Shown here: positions 40,574 through 49,648 of the stretch, one piece after another
How the letters are laid out: the number at the start of each line of letters is the position of its first letter
Numbering within the stretch: the first letter of the stretch is position 1
Assembly: GCA_963783375.1 (NCBI GenBank)
Contig: CAWANH010000029.1
Coordinates: forward strand, 928,001-992,000
Length of the DNA: 64,000 bases
DNA from: Candidatus Eiseniibacteriota bacterium
GTDB taxonomy: Bacteria > Eisenbacteria > RBG-16-71-46 > JABDJR01
Direction of reading: 5' to 3'
Position numbers and translations under genes: made by a program
The notes under the pieces: generated by a model
Told to the model about the DNA's origin: nothing
The model's database searches: none
Seen by the model: only the letters and a program-made list of their open reading frames with translations

Positions 40574-41113
40574 ATGCCCGACACCCACGGAACCATCCTC
40601 GAAACCGGGAGGCTCCTCCTCCGGGAACTGACCCTGGGCGATCTGGACGCGCTCGCCGCCCTCTACCGGGATCCCGAGGTGCGGCGCTACTTCCCGGAGG
40701 GCGTCCTCACCCGCGAGGAGACCCGCGAGGAGCTGGAGTGGATCATCCGGGAGTACTACGCCAAGCACGGCTTCGGCCTCTGGGCGACCATCCACAGGGA
40801 GTCCGGCGCCTTCATCGGCCGCTCGGGCCTTCTTCCCTGGACCATCGACGGGCGGGCCGAGGTGGAGGTGGCCTATCTGCTGGCCAGGGAGTACTGGGGT
40901 CGGGGCCTGGGCACCGAGGCCGCCCGGGCCATCGCGCACCATGCCTTCGATACCCTCCCGGTCTCCCGGCTCATCTGCCTGATCGACGCCCGGAACGCGG
41001 CCTCGCGCCGGGTCGCCGAGAAGATCGGGATGACCCTCTACCGGGACGATTTCGAGGACGACAAGGGCCCCGCCCACATCTACGCCATGGCGCGACCGGA
41101 GACGACATCATGA
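40574..41113 (+). CDS. GNAT acetyltransferase (RimJ/RimL-like)
   Basis: LETGRLLLR, YWGRGLGTEA, N.ASRRVAEKIG. Confidence 0.92.
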   Translation: MPDTHGTILETGRLLLRELTLGDLDALAALYRDPEVRRYFPEGVLTREETREELEWIIREYYAKHGFGLWATIHRESGAFIGRSGLLPWTIDGRAEVEVAYLLAREYWGRGLGTEAARAIAHHAFDTLPVSRLICLIDARNAASRRVAEKIGMTLYRDDFEDDKGPAHIYAMARPETTS

Positions 41114-41646
41114 ACGACGCGATGAAGGAGACCGTCTGGCGACAGTTCGGCGCCGCCATCGACATGCTCGAGGGGGCCGTCCGGGCCTGTCCCGAATCGA
41201 TCTGGCGCGACCGCGATCGCCAACCGGAGACCTGGTACCTGGCCTACCACACGCTCTTCTGGCTCGATCTCTATCTCTCGGGGCCGGTGGAAGGGTTCCG
41301 CCCGCCGACGCCCTTCGGCCTGGAGGAACTCGACCCGGCGGGAGTCCTCCCCGATCGCGTGTACACCCGGGAGGAACTCCTGACCTACCTGGAGCACGGC
41401 CGCCGCAAGTGCCGCTCGACCATCACCAACCTGACCGACGACAAGGCGGCGGAACGACATGCATTCGGCTGGGGGGAAGCGAGCTTCGCCGAACTCCTCC
41501 TCTACAACCTTCGCCACGTGCAGCACCATACCGCGCAGCTCAACCTCATCCTCAGGCAGTCGATCGATTCCGCCCCTCCATGGGTAACCCGGACGGGAAA
41601 CCACCTCCCGTCCTCTGAACTCCACGGCAATCCGCACGCCCGGTAG
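41110..41646 (+). CDS. DinB-family protein
   Basis: WYLAYHTL, YNLRHVQHH metal-binding histidines; ATGA overlap with GNAT gene. Confidence 0.85.
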   Translation: MNDAMKETVWRQFGAAIDMLEGAVRACPESIWRDRDRQPETWYLAYHTLFWLDLYLSGPVEGFRPPTPFGLEELDPAGVLPDRVYTREELLTYLEHGRRKCRSTITNLTDDKAAERHAFGWGEASFAELLLYNLRHVQHHTAQLNLILRQSIDSAPPWVTRTGNHLPSSELHGNPHAR

Positions 41647-41676
41647 CCGCTCCGTCACCCGCGCCGAAACCGGATC

Positions 41677-42684
41677 TCACTTCTCCAGCCGCACGTCGTC
41701 CCACCAGAGCGAGACCGGCTTGCGGACGTGCACGATGAAGAGCGTGACGCTCTGGATCCGGGCCATGTCGAGGAGCCGCGCCCGGGGGCTCCGCCGGATC
41801 TCCTCCAGCGGGATCCGAAAGGTGTTCATCCCGGGTTTGAGGCTCAGGTTCACGTAGGCCGCCCGGGTCCAGTCGTTTCCCACCGTGACGTCGTCGATCC
41901 GAAGCGCCATCGGAATCGTGTCCGGGAGGGTGGAGACCATCTCGAAGTCCAGGCTCCGGTATCTCCGCCAGTCGGGAACCGGCTCGCGGAGGGTGAGCCC
42001 GGCGTAGTCGACCGGCTTCAGGATCAGGTGGGCGGCGCGGTTCTCCGGGTCCTTCCGATACGGAGCCGGCAGGGGTTCAAAGCTCATCTCTGTCTCGTGG
42101 CTGAAGTAGAAGTAGTGCTCCCAGGGCGCGTCGAACCCGAAAAGGAGCGGAAACGCCTCATCCCGCTTCGCGTAGGCGTCCCCCACCTCCACCACCGGCC
42201 GGGCCACGATCCCCACCGGGATGAGGGCCAGCAAGACCACGGTCACCCGGAGGGGGGCCCGCCAGCGGGCGGGAATCCGGAGCGTCGCGTCCACCGCCGC
42301 GGCCAGGAGCAGGCAGGCGACGATCCCGGCCAGGTCCCGCTCCCAGTCCCCCAGGTCGGCGTCCCGCCCGGTGAAGTGCTGGAGGATCTCGCTCCCCAGG
42401 CCGGCGGTCGCGGCCAGGAAGAAGACCCCAACGTACCGGCCGAGCCTCCGCCACCCCCGGGCCGGCCACGCCCGGACCATCGCCCAGAGCGCGATCCAGG
42501 CGAACACCCCGAAGAGCGGGGCATGGCCCGCGTTGAACACCACGTCCCACCAGGCGCTCGCGCCCGGGGGCACGAAGACCTCGAGCACCACGATCAACGC
42601 GGCCAGGGCCAGCGACGCCAGGGCAAGGGAGCGCTTGCGGTGGGGCGCGCCGTGCCCCGACTCGCGGGAAGCGATCGCGCTCAC
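41677..42684 (-). CDS. VanZ-like membrane protein with C-terminal carbohydrate-binding-like domain
   Basis: NAGHAPLF, SEILQHFTGRDA..D..RD, about 5 TM helices, then DW..Y..L.F beta domain. Confidence 0.75.
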   Translation of the reverse strand: MSAIASRESGHGAPHRKRSLALASLALAALIVVLEVFVPPGASAWWDVVFNAGHAPLFGVFAWIALWAMVRAWPARGWRRLGRYVGVFFLAATAGLGSEILQHFTGRDADLGDWERDLAGIVACLLLAAAVDATLRIPARWRAPLRVTVVLLALIPVGIVARPVVEVGDAYAKRDEAFPLLFGFDAPWEHYFYFSHETEMSFEPLPAPYRKDPENRAAHLILKPVDYAGLTLREPVPDWRRYRSLDFEMVSTLPDTIPMALRIDDVTVGNDWTRAAYVNLSLKPGMNTFRIPLEEIRRSPRARLLDMARIQSVTLFIVHVRKPVSLWWDDVRLEK

Positions 42685-43400
42685 CGCGCCCCCGGCACGG
42701 TCACGGTGACCGGGTCGCTCGGTGCGCTCTCGTTGAAGGCGTCGTCCACCACGGTCACGCGATAGGTGTAGTTCGAGTCGGGCTCGACGGTGAAGTCCTC
42801 GAACCCGGCGGACCGGAGATCGGGGACGAATCCCTGGAGCGGAAACGGCGGATCCCGGAAGAGATTGTAGTGATGGAAAGCGGGATCGTCCGACGCCTCC
42901 CAGCCCAGCACCACCTCGTAGCGACCGGCGATGTCGTTCAGAACCGCCCGGGCGGTGAGCCCCTGCGGGGGCGCGGGAGCGGTGAAATCCACCCGGACCC
43001 ATACCACCCCGGTGGGAAGGCTCTCGATCCCCGCCGGGCTGACCGAGGTCAACCGGTACCAGTAGCGAACGCCGTCCACCACGTCCTCGTCCACCAGAAT
43101 GCTCCCGGTGAAGAGTTCCCGGTTCAGCCGCACGTAATCGGCATCCGCGGGCGGCGACTCCCCCACCGCCCGGTAGACGTTGAAACCGTCGATGAAGGCG
43201 AACAGGCCCGGGTCGGCCTGCCAGGTCACGTTCACCGAGCCCACCGACGGGAGCGCCAGGAGGTCGGTGGGCAGGGGAAGCGAGGCCGGGGCGCGAAAGG
43301 CCGCGGTCGGGGTCACGGTGTGCCCGCAACCCGCGAGCGCGACGAGAACCGCCGGCCACAGGGCGAGCGAAAGAACGCGAAGCCGCGGGCGGCGCCTCAT
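42681..43400 (-). CDS. Lipoprotein with two fibronectin type III-like domains
   Basis: Lipobox LAG|C; FNVYR, YWYRLTSV, YNLFR, YTYRVTVVD...ESAPS. Confidence 0.8.
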   Translation of the reverse strand: MRRRPRLRVLSLALWPAVLVALAGCGHTVTPTAAFRAPASLPLPTDLLALPSVGSVNVTWQADPGLFAFIDGFNVYRAVGESPPADADYVRLNRELFTGSILVDEDVVDGVRYWYRLTSVSPAGIESLPTGVVWVRVDFTAPAPPQGLTARAVLNDIAGRYEVVLGWEASDDPAFHHYNLFRDPPFPLQGFVPDLRSAGFEDFTVEPDSNYTYRVTVVDDAFNESAPSDPVTVTVPGAR

Positions 43401-44269
43401 CGCTTCCACCGCCATGCCGGGCTCGTGGCCAACGCGAGGCTCCACCGCGTGCCGGAGAGCGTGTTCCGCCCCCACACCGTGGTTCGCGCCTCCGCCTCCA
43501 CCGCCACTCCGCGCCCAGCGGCCACCGACACCGTCGCGGCCAGGTCGAGGTTGTCGGGATCCACGGTGGAGGGGTCGAAGCGAGTCTCTCCCGGCCGGGC
43601 CGGCGGGGGCCCCACCGCGACGCCGCCTCGGGCTTCGCCCCGAAGACCCACCCGCGAGCCGATGCCCGTCCCCCCCCCGATCGCCCCCTCCACCCGGTCC
43701 CGAAACACCCCGCCCCGGAAGACGTAGGCCGCGTCCAGGTTTCCCCAGTAGCCGGTGAAGGACGACCCCGCCGAGAGTCCCAGGGAGAGATCGCGAATGC
43801 CCGAGCCGAGGGCGGGGTACTCCTCGACCGCGTAGCCGGTGGGGAAGGTGGCGGCGGCCAGGACCGAGGCCACCCCGCGCGATCCCCGCCAGAGCCCGCG
43901 CTTCACCCCCACCGCCAGATCGGAGAACCCGTAGGTCTCGAACACCGCCGAGGGCTGGTTGGCCTGAAGGCGCTTCCAGGACCCCGCGGCCACCAGGTTC
44001 CAGCCCGGAAGGAGCCCGACCTCGGCGTACATCGCCACCGCCAGGTCCTCGTACCGGGTGTTCCGGAAACCGCCCCCGGCGGCGTCGAAGGGGACGGCGC
44101 GACCATCCTGATCGAGCCGCTCCCGGGTGGAGAGCGCACCGGCGGAGAGGCGGAGGTAGGCGGTTCCGGGCTCCTGGAGCCACGCTCCCGCCCGGGCCGG
44201 GCCGGAGCCCCCGAGGAGAGTCACGAGGGCGAGCAGGACGGCCACCCGGGCCCTGGGTTCGAAGCGCAT
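43397..44269 (-). CDS. Putative outer-membrane beta-barrel protein
   Basis: Signal peptide, AWLQEPG start, alternating amphipathic strands, GFSDL.VG.K. Confidence 0.65.
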   Translation of the reverse strand: MRFEPRARVAVLLALVTLLGGSGPARAGAWLQEPGTAYLRLSAGALSTRERLDQDGRAVPFDAAGGGFRNTRYEDLAVAMYAEVGLLPGWNLVAAGSWKRLQANQPSAVFETYGFSDLAVGVKRGLWRGSRGVASVLAAATFPTGYAVEEYPALGSGIRDLSLGLSAGSSFTGYWGNLDAAYVFRGGVFRDRVEGAIGGGTGIGSRVGLRGEARGGVAVGPPPARPGETRFDPSTVDPDNLDLAATVSVAAGRGVAVEAEARTTVWGRNTLSGTRWSLALATSPAWRWKR

Positions 44270-44492
44270 GAGGGGATGATACGGCCTAGGGTGAGGGCCG
44301 GTCGAAGGTAAGGGGACCCGGCCGGACCGGCGGCCCTGACCGACATGAAACGAAATCGCAATTCATTCGTGTATGAACCGGCAAGATGAGGTATCATGCC
44401 GGCCAAGAGGCGTCCCCTGGGAATTCAGCCCCGTCCTCCCCGGACGGTGTGAATCTCCCCCCATGCAACACGGTCATCCCCCGGAGGTACCC

Positions 44493-45335
44493 ATGAGTTC
44501 CTTGCGAAAACATCCCGAGTCCCCGCTCCGTTCCCGTCCGCTGGCCCTCATTCTCTTCGGCCTGGTCGCGCTGGGCCTGGCCGCCGCCCCCGCGGCCCAG
44601 GCCGGGTCGATCTTCCTCACCGGTCATGATCCGGACTTCCACGCGACCCGGGGACTGAACGCGGCCGGCGCCCAGACCATCAACAACGTGGCCATCAACT
44701 TCATCCGCGATCCCGGATTCAACCCCTACTTCGCCACCGCCCCCAAGTTCCTGTACGTGGAGTCCAGCATCACCCCGCCCACCGGCCATACCGTGGGCAA
44801 GGCCGGCATCGTGGCCAGCGGCTACGTCGAAGGGGTCGACTTCGACCATCACGACGCCTCCACCCTCGCCGCCGCCCTCGGCCAGCTCGGCCAGCCCGGC
44901 GGCTACTGCGCCATCGTGGTCGGCTCCGATTTCGGGGGGATCCTCACCCAGGCCGAACTCGACATCCTGAACGCGAACCAGGCGGCCATCGCCACCTTCG
45001 TGAACTCGGGCGGGGGAATCTACGCCATGTCCGAGGGGAACTCCGGCGCCGGTCTCACCCCCGGCGGCGGACACTACGCGTTCATTCCCACCGTGGTCTC
45101 GGCGGCCAGCGTGGACCAGGGCGAGACCGGGTTCACCGTGACCCCGTTCGGAGTGGGGCTGGGGCTGGCCGACAGCGACGTCAACGGGAACGCGTCCCAC
45201 GTGGTCTTCACCGCCACCGCGGGGTTGAGCGTGGTGGACACCGACGCCTCCGGCCGGATCCTCTCCATCGCGGGGCGGGAGCAGGTGATCCCGACCCGGC
45301 CCACGACCTGGAGCCGGATCAAGTCGCAGTACTGA
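44493..45335 (+). CDS. Secreted surface protein with C-terminal TWGxxK-like tail
   Basis: GGAGG RBS; signal peptide ...AAQA|GSIFLTGHDPDFH; ends PTRPTTWSRIKSQY. Confidence 0.82.
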   Translation: MSSLRKHPESPLRSRPLALILFGLVALGLAAAPAAQAGSIFLTGHDPDFHATRGLNAAGAQTINNVAINFIRDPGFNPYFATAPKFLYVESSITPPTGHTVGKAGIVASGYVEGVDFDHHDASTLAAALGQLGQPGGYCAIVVGSDFGGILTQAELDILNANQAAIATFVNSGGGIYAMSEGNSGAGLTPGGGHYAFIPTVVSAASVDQGETGFTVTPFGVGLGLADSDVNGNASHVVFTATAGLSVVDTDASGRILSIAGREQVIPTRPTTWSRIKSQY

Positions 45336-45410
45336 TCGTCCTCCCCGCGCGGCGGGGGTCGGTTCTTCTTCGGGCGGGGCGTGGTCGGAGCGACCGCGCC
45401 CCCGCCCGTT

Positions 45411-46178
45411 TTACGCCGGGGCCTCGGAGGCCGCGGACACCCACGCCGGGGGGAGCCCGGACGCCGCCGCGCGATCGAGGAGCCAGAGCGCCGGCCGCGA
45501 CGCGCTCACCACCATGCGGGCCGGATGCCGCGGGGTGGCCTCCTCCGCGGTGAGGGTGCCGGCCACCGCCTCGGCCTTCTCCTCCCCCGAGACCAGGAAC
45601 ACCGTCCGCCGGCTGGAACGCAGGGCTTCCGGGGTGAGGGTGACCCGGTCCTGGCCGGCCGGGTGTCTGGTGGCGAAGGCCAGCCACGCTCCGAAGTCGG
45701 GCCACTCCTCGGCGGGAAAGAGCGAGGCGGTGTGGCCGTCCGACCCCAGCCCCAGGAGCACCAGGTCGAAGAGCGGCACCCGCTCCGCCCAGGCCAGGAG
45801 CATCTTGTGGGCCTTCCGGGCCGCCTTCTCCGGCGGGTCCTCGCCGCGGAGCCGGATCATGCGGTCGGCGCTCAGCCCCAGCGGCTCGAGGAAGGTCTCC
45901 CGGGCCATCCGGTAGTTCGAATCCTTGTCGTCGGGGGGGACACAGCGTTCGTCGGTGAAGGTGAACCGCACCCGTCCCCAGCCCACCCGGTCCCGCAGGG
46001 TCGGCGCGGAGAGCCGCTCGTAGAGGGGTACGGGGGTGCTCCCCCCGGCCAGGGCCACTCGCGCCCCCGCCCGCGCCTCGGCCAGGGCGGCCACCACGAT
46101 CTCCGCGGCGCCGTCCAGGAATGCGGTCTTGTCCTCGAAAAGGCGGATCTCGTGTCCGTCGGGCAGGGAGTCGCTCAC
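45411..46178 (-). CDS. pgl: 6-phosphogluconolactonase
   Basis: ALAGGSTP, DERCVP..D.DSNY, LGLGSDGHTASLFP. Confidence 0.95.
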   Translation of the reverse strand: MSDSLPDGHEIRLFEDKTAFLDGAAEIVVAALAEARAGARVALAGGSTPVPLYERLSAPTLRDRVGWGRVRFTFTDERCVPPDDKDSNYRMARETFLEPLGLSADRMIRLRGEDPPEKAARKAHKMLLAWAERVPLFDLVLLGLGSDGHTASLFPAEEWPDFGAWLAFATRHPAGQDRVTLTPEALRSSRRTVFLVSGEEKAEAVAGTLTAEEATPRHPARMVVSASRPALWLLDRAAASGLPPAWVSAASEAPA

Positions 46179-46179
46179 C

Positions 46180-47298
46180 TCAATCCTCCTTCAGATCCTC
46201 GAAGCCCAGGGCGACCCCCATGGCGTCGCGGGCCGACGGATCCAGAATCGCCTCGTGAAGCTCGTGCACCACCGCCGATGCCCGGCTGGTCTTGGACTGG
46301 TTGAGCCGGGCCACCCGGGATCCTCCCCGCTCCACCACGATCGCCCGCTCCTCGGAGAGGCGCCGCCAGGAGAGCGGGGGATCCCCGCCTCGGAACGTCA
46401 TGCCGACCCCGAGGGTGGCCGCGGGGTCGATCTGGGGATCCCCCCGGGTCACCACCGCCTCGATCCCCCCCGAGGGCCCCTCGAACCGCCCTCGGCTCCG
46501 CGTACCGGCCTCCTCCGCCCACCGCCAGCCGAGCCGGGCGGCGAGCCAACCGAACAGCAGCCACGCCTTGAGCCGGGCTCCCGGACCTTCCCCCACCTCG
46601 ACGGTCACCCGTTCCAGCCGCTCGAGGGACCGCGCCTCGCCGGACCGGTCGAAGGGGAGAGCCAGGGCCCGCCGCCAGTCCACCAGCCGCGACCACAGGA
46701 CGTCGCGGTAGGAGGGCGGATCGTCCCCGCTCTCCCCGCAGCGTTTCCAGAGGGCGATTCCCGAGGCCTCGTCCAGGTGGGTGCCGTCCCCCAGGACCAC
46801 GTCCACGTGACCGCCGAGAACCCCCAGCCACCCGAGGGCCAGGGGCGACACCCGCTCCGCCACCACCTCCACCGGCACCCCTCCCACGCTCAGCGACCGC
46901 ACCGCGCTCGCCACCAGCCGGTCGGTCCCGGGGCCCGCCTCGATGTTCACGGTCTCGCAACAGATGAGGGACCGCCCGCTCGAACCGCGGCTGCACGCCG
47001 CGCTGACCCAGGCCTCGGCCTCTCCCCGCCCGAGCCCGGGGTCGTGGTGGACCACGATCACCCGCGATGGGTGGAGCCGGACCAGGTCGTCGGTCAGTTC
47101 GTGAGCCTCGTCGTCCGGACGAAGCGGGAGCACCAGGGTGGCGTGGCAGACCCGGGTGACCGGGCCATCGTCATCGCGCGCCGCTCCCTCCTCCATCCAG
47201 AGCGTGGCCAGGTCGCGCTTCACCGCTTCGGCGTCGAGTCCCCGGGAGGCCTTCTCGCCCAGGTGGATGATGTCGTCGTGGGTGGGGGTCACGATCAC
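46180..47298 (-). CDS. opcA: G6PDH assembly protein OpcA
   Basis: Coupled to zwf; HPSRVI, ICCE, DVLWSRL..WR, GWLAARLGW. Confidence 0.85.
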   Translation of the reverse strand: MIVTPTHDDIIHLGEKASRGLDAEAVKRDLATLWMEEGAARDDDGPVTRVCHATLVLPLRPDDEAHELTDDLVRLHPSRVIVVHHDPGLGRGEAEAWVSAACSRGSSGRSLICCETVNIEAGPGTDRLVASAVRSLSVGGVPVEVVAERVSPLALGWLGVLGGHVDVVLGDGTHLDEASGIALWKRCGESGDDPPSYRDVLWSRLVDWRRALALPFDRSGEARSLERLERVTVEVGEGPGARLKAWLLFGWLAARLGWRWAEEAGTRSRGRFEGPSGGIEAVVTRGDPQIDPAATLGVGMTFRGGDPPLSWRRLSEERAIVVERGGSRVARLNQSKTSRASAVVHELHEAILDPSARDAMGVALGFEDLKED

Positions 47299-48884
47299 AC
47301 CCGCAGCCATTTCCGGCCGTCGGCCTGGATCAGGCGATCCGCGGCCTCCGGCCCCCAACTCCCCGCTTCGTAGGGCGCCGGCTTGTCCCCGGGCTCGGCC
47401 TCCCACGCCCCCACGATGCTGTCCACGATCCCCCAGGCCAGCTCCACCTCGTCCCGCCGGGCGAAGAGAGTCGAATCGCCGACGATCGCGTCGAGGATCA
47501 GGCGTTCGTAGGCCTCGGGAGGCTCCTTCCCGAAGGAGGTGGCGTAGAAGAAGTCCATCCGCACCTCCTCCACCCGCATGGCCTGGCCGGGGAACTTGGA
47601 TTCGAAGGAGAGCGAGATCCCCTCGTCGGGCTGGATGCGGAGCCGGAGCACGTTGGGCCGGGGGCGCAACGACTTGCCGTCGCCGAAGAGCTCGTAGGGG
47701 GGCTCGCGGAAGACGATGCCCACCTCGGTGGCCCGCTTGGGAAGCCGCTTCCCCGAGCGCAGGTAGAATGGCGTCCCCGCCCACCGCCAGTTCTCCACCC
47801 CGAATCGGGCGGCGAGAAAGGTGTCGGTCCGGGAATCGGGAGCGACCTTCTCCTCCTCGTGGTATCCCGGCACCTCCTTCCCGCCGGCCACCCCCGCGGT
47901 GTACTGCCCCCGCACCACCCGGGCCCGAACCTCGTCCGGGGCGAAGGGGCGGATGGCGGTCAACACCTTGGCCTTCTCGTCGCGGACCGCGTTGGCCTCG
48001 AATCGGACCGGCGGCTCCATGGCGGTGAGGGTCAGAAGCTGCATGATGTGGTTCTGCAGCATATCCCGCACCACACCCGCCTCCTCGTAGAACCCGGCGC
48101 GGCTCCCCACCCCGTCCGTCTCCGCCACCGTGATCTGCACATGGTCCACGTGGCGTCTATTCCATAGTGGTTCAAATATTCCGTTGTCCAGCCTAAAAAT
48201 CAATATATTCTGGACGGTCTCCTTCCCCAGGTAGTGATCGATGCGGTAGATCTGGTCCTCGTCGAAGACCCCGAGCATGTGCCGGTTGAGCGCCCGCGCA
48301 GTGGCGAGGTCCCGGCCGAACGGCTTCTCCACGATGATGCGGCTCGACCCCTCGGCTTCCGGGTCGCGCACCAGGTTCGCCTTCCCCAGGTTCTCCACGA
48401 TGGTCTCGTAGGCGCTGGGAGGCGTGGAGAGATAGAAGAGGTGGCAGCCAGGGTGGTTCCGGCCCCGATCGATCTCGGCCAGCCGCTCCCCCAGAGCGCG
48501 GTACGCCGCCTCGTCCTGGAACTCCCCGCGCACGTAGCTCATGTCGTCGCAGAGCTGGCTCCACACCGCCTCATCCACCGGCTTCCGCCGGGAATGCGCC
48601 TCCACTCCCTCCCGCATGACCCGGCGGAAGTGGTCGTCGCTCCAGTCGCGCCGGGCGAATCCGACCACGCTGGTGTCGGGATGGAGGAGCCCCTCCCAGG
48701 CCAGGTTGTAGATCGCGGGCATGAGCTTCCGGGAGGCGAGGTCCCCGGTGGCCCCGAAGATCACCAACGTGCAGGGGATGGGTTCCCGGACCCGGGACAT
48801 TCCCTCGCGTAGGGGGTTGGTCCCCGGCTCTCCGGCGGCTCCGGTCTCTTCGTCCACGCGCGTCGCGGATACGGTCTTGGTCAT
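47295..48884 (-). CDS. zwf: Glucose-6-phosphate dehydrogenase
   Basis: IFGATGDLA, EKPFG, RIDHYLGKE, RDMLQNH, AYERL. Confidence 0.97.
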   Translation of the reverse strand: MTKTVSATRVDEETGAAGEPGTNPLREGMSRVREPIPCTLVIFGATGDLASRKLMPAIYNLAWEGLLHPDTSVVGFARRDWSDDHFRRVMREGVEAHSRRKPVDEAVWSQLCDDMSYVRGEFQDEAAYRALGERLAEIDRGRNHPGCHLFYLSTPPSAYETIVENLGKANLVRDPEAEGSSRIIVEKPFGRDLATARALNRHMLGVFDEDQIYRIDHYLGKETVQNILIFRLDNGIFEPLWNRRHVDHVQITVAETDGVGSRAGFYEEAGVVRDMLQNHIMQLLTLTAMEPPVRFEANAVRDEKAKVLTAIRPFAPDEVRARVVRGQYTAGVAGGKEVPGYHEEEKVAPDSRTDTFLAARFGVENWRWAGTPFYLRSGKRLPKRATEVGIVFREPPYELFGDGKSLRPRPNVLRLRIQPDEGISLSFESKFPGQAMRVEEVRMDFFYATSFGKEPPEAYERLILDAIVGDSTLFARRDEVELAWGIVDSIVGAWEAEPGDKPAPYEAGSWGPEAADRLIQADGRKWLRV

Positions 48885-49648
48885 GTCTGCTCCTCGCTGC
48901 TTCCTTCCTTCCACACGCATGCTCCGGGCGCCGCCGCCCGAGCCACCGAGGCCACCTCGGCCGGCTCCCAGGCGATCCGTTCCGGCGGGAGGAGCTTCGC
49001 CTCCTCGAGCTTCTGCCGGGTGAAGGGCGTGGCCAGCCCCACCACCCGGATCCCCGCGGCGAGCGCCGCCCGAACCCCCGACGGGGAGTCCTCCAGGGCC
49101 AGGCACTCCTCGGGCCGAAGCTCGAGCTCCCGGCAAAGCCGGTGATAGATCTCCGGGTCGGGCTTGGTGCGCTCCACATCCTCGTAGGTGAGGATCCGTC
49201 GGAAGGCGCCGCGAAGCCCGAGGGCGTCCAGCACCTTCTCCGTCTGGTCGCGGTGGGAGGTGGTGGCCAGGGCGGTGATGCACCCCGCCTCCACCGCCCG
49301 GTGAAGGAGGTCGATCACCGGGGGCCGGCGGTTCTTGCGGAGCACCTCGGGATCGTGGGTCAGCTTCTCGTAGTGCCCGAGCCGGACGGCCACGTAGGCC
49401 TCCCACGGTGTCGACGCCCCCAGCTCCCCCATCCGCGCCCGGGCCGGTCCCTCCAGGCCGAACCGGTCGAGAAGCGTGGTCGCCGCGTCCTTCCGCGACC
49501 GCCCCACCACGTCCTTGAAGGCCTCGACCACCTCGGCTTCGTCGAGCTCCGGCCGGAGATCGACCGCGGCGCGGGCGTAGGAGGTCGCCTTGAGCTTCTC
49601 GGTCTGAACCAGCGTCCCGTCCAGGTCGAAGAAGAGCGCGCGGATCAT
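48881..49648 (-). CDS. HAD-family phosphatase (beta-PGM-like)
   Basis: FDLDGTL, ATTS, KPDPEIY, EDSPSG. Confidence 0.88.
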   Translation of the reverse strand: MIRALFFDLDGTLVQTEKLKATSYARAAVDLRPELDEAEVVEAFKDVVGRSRKDAATTLLDRFGLEGPARARMGELGASTPWEAYVAVRLGHYEKLTHDPEVLRKNRRPPVIDLLHRAVEAGCITALATTSHRDQTEKVLDALGLRGAFRRILTYEDVERTKPDPEIYHRLCRELELRPEECLALEDSPSGVRAALAAGIRVVGLATPFTRQKLEEAKLLPPERIAWEPAEVASVARAAAPGACVWKEGSSEEQT

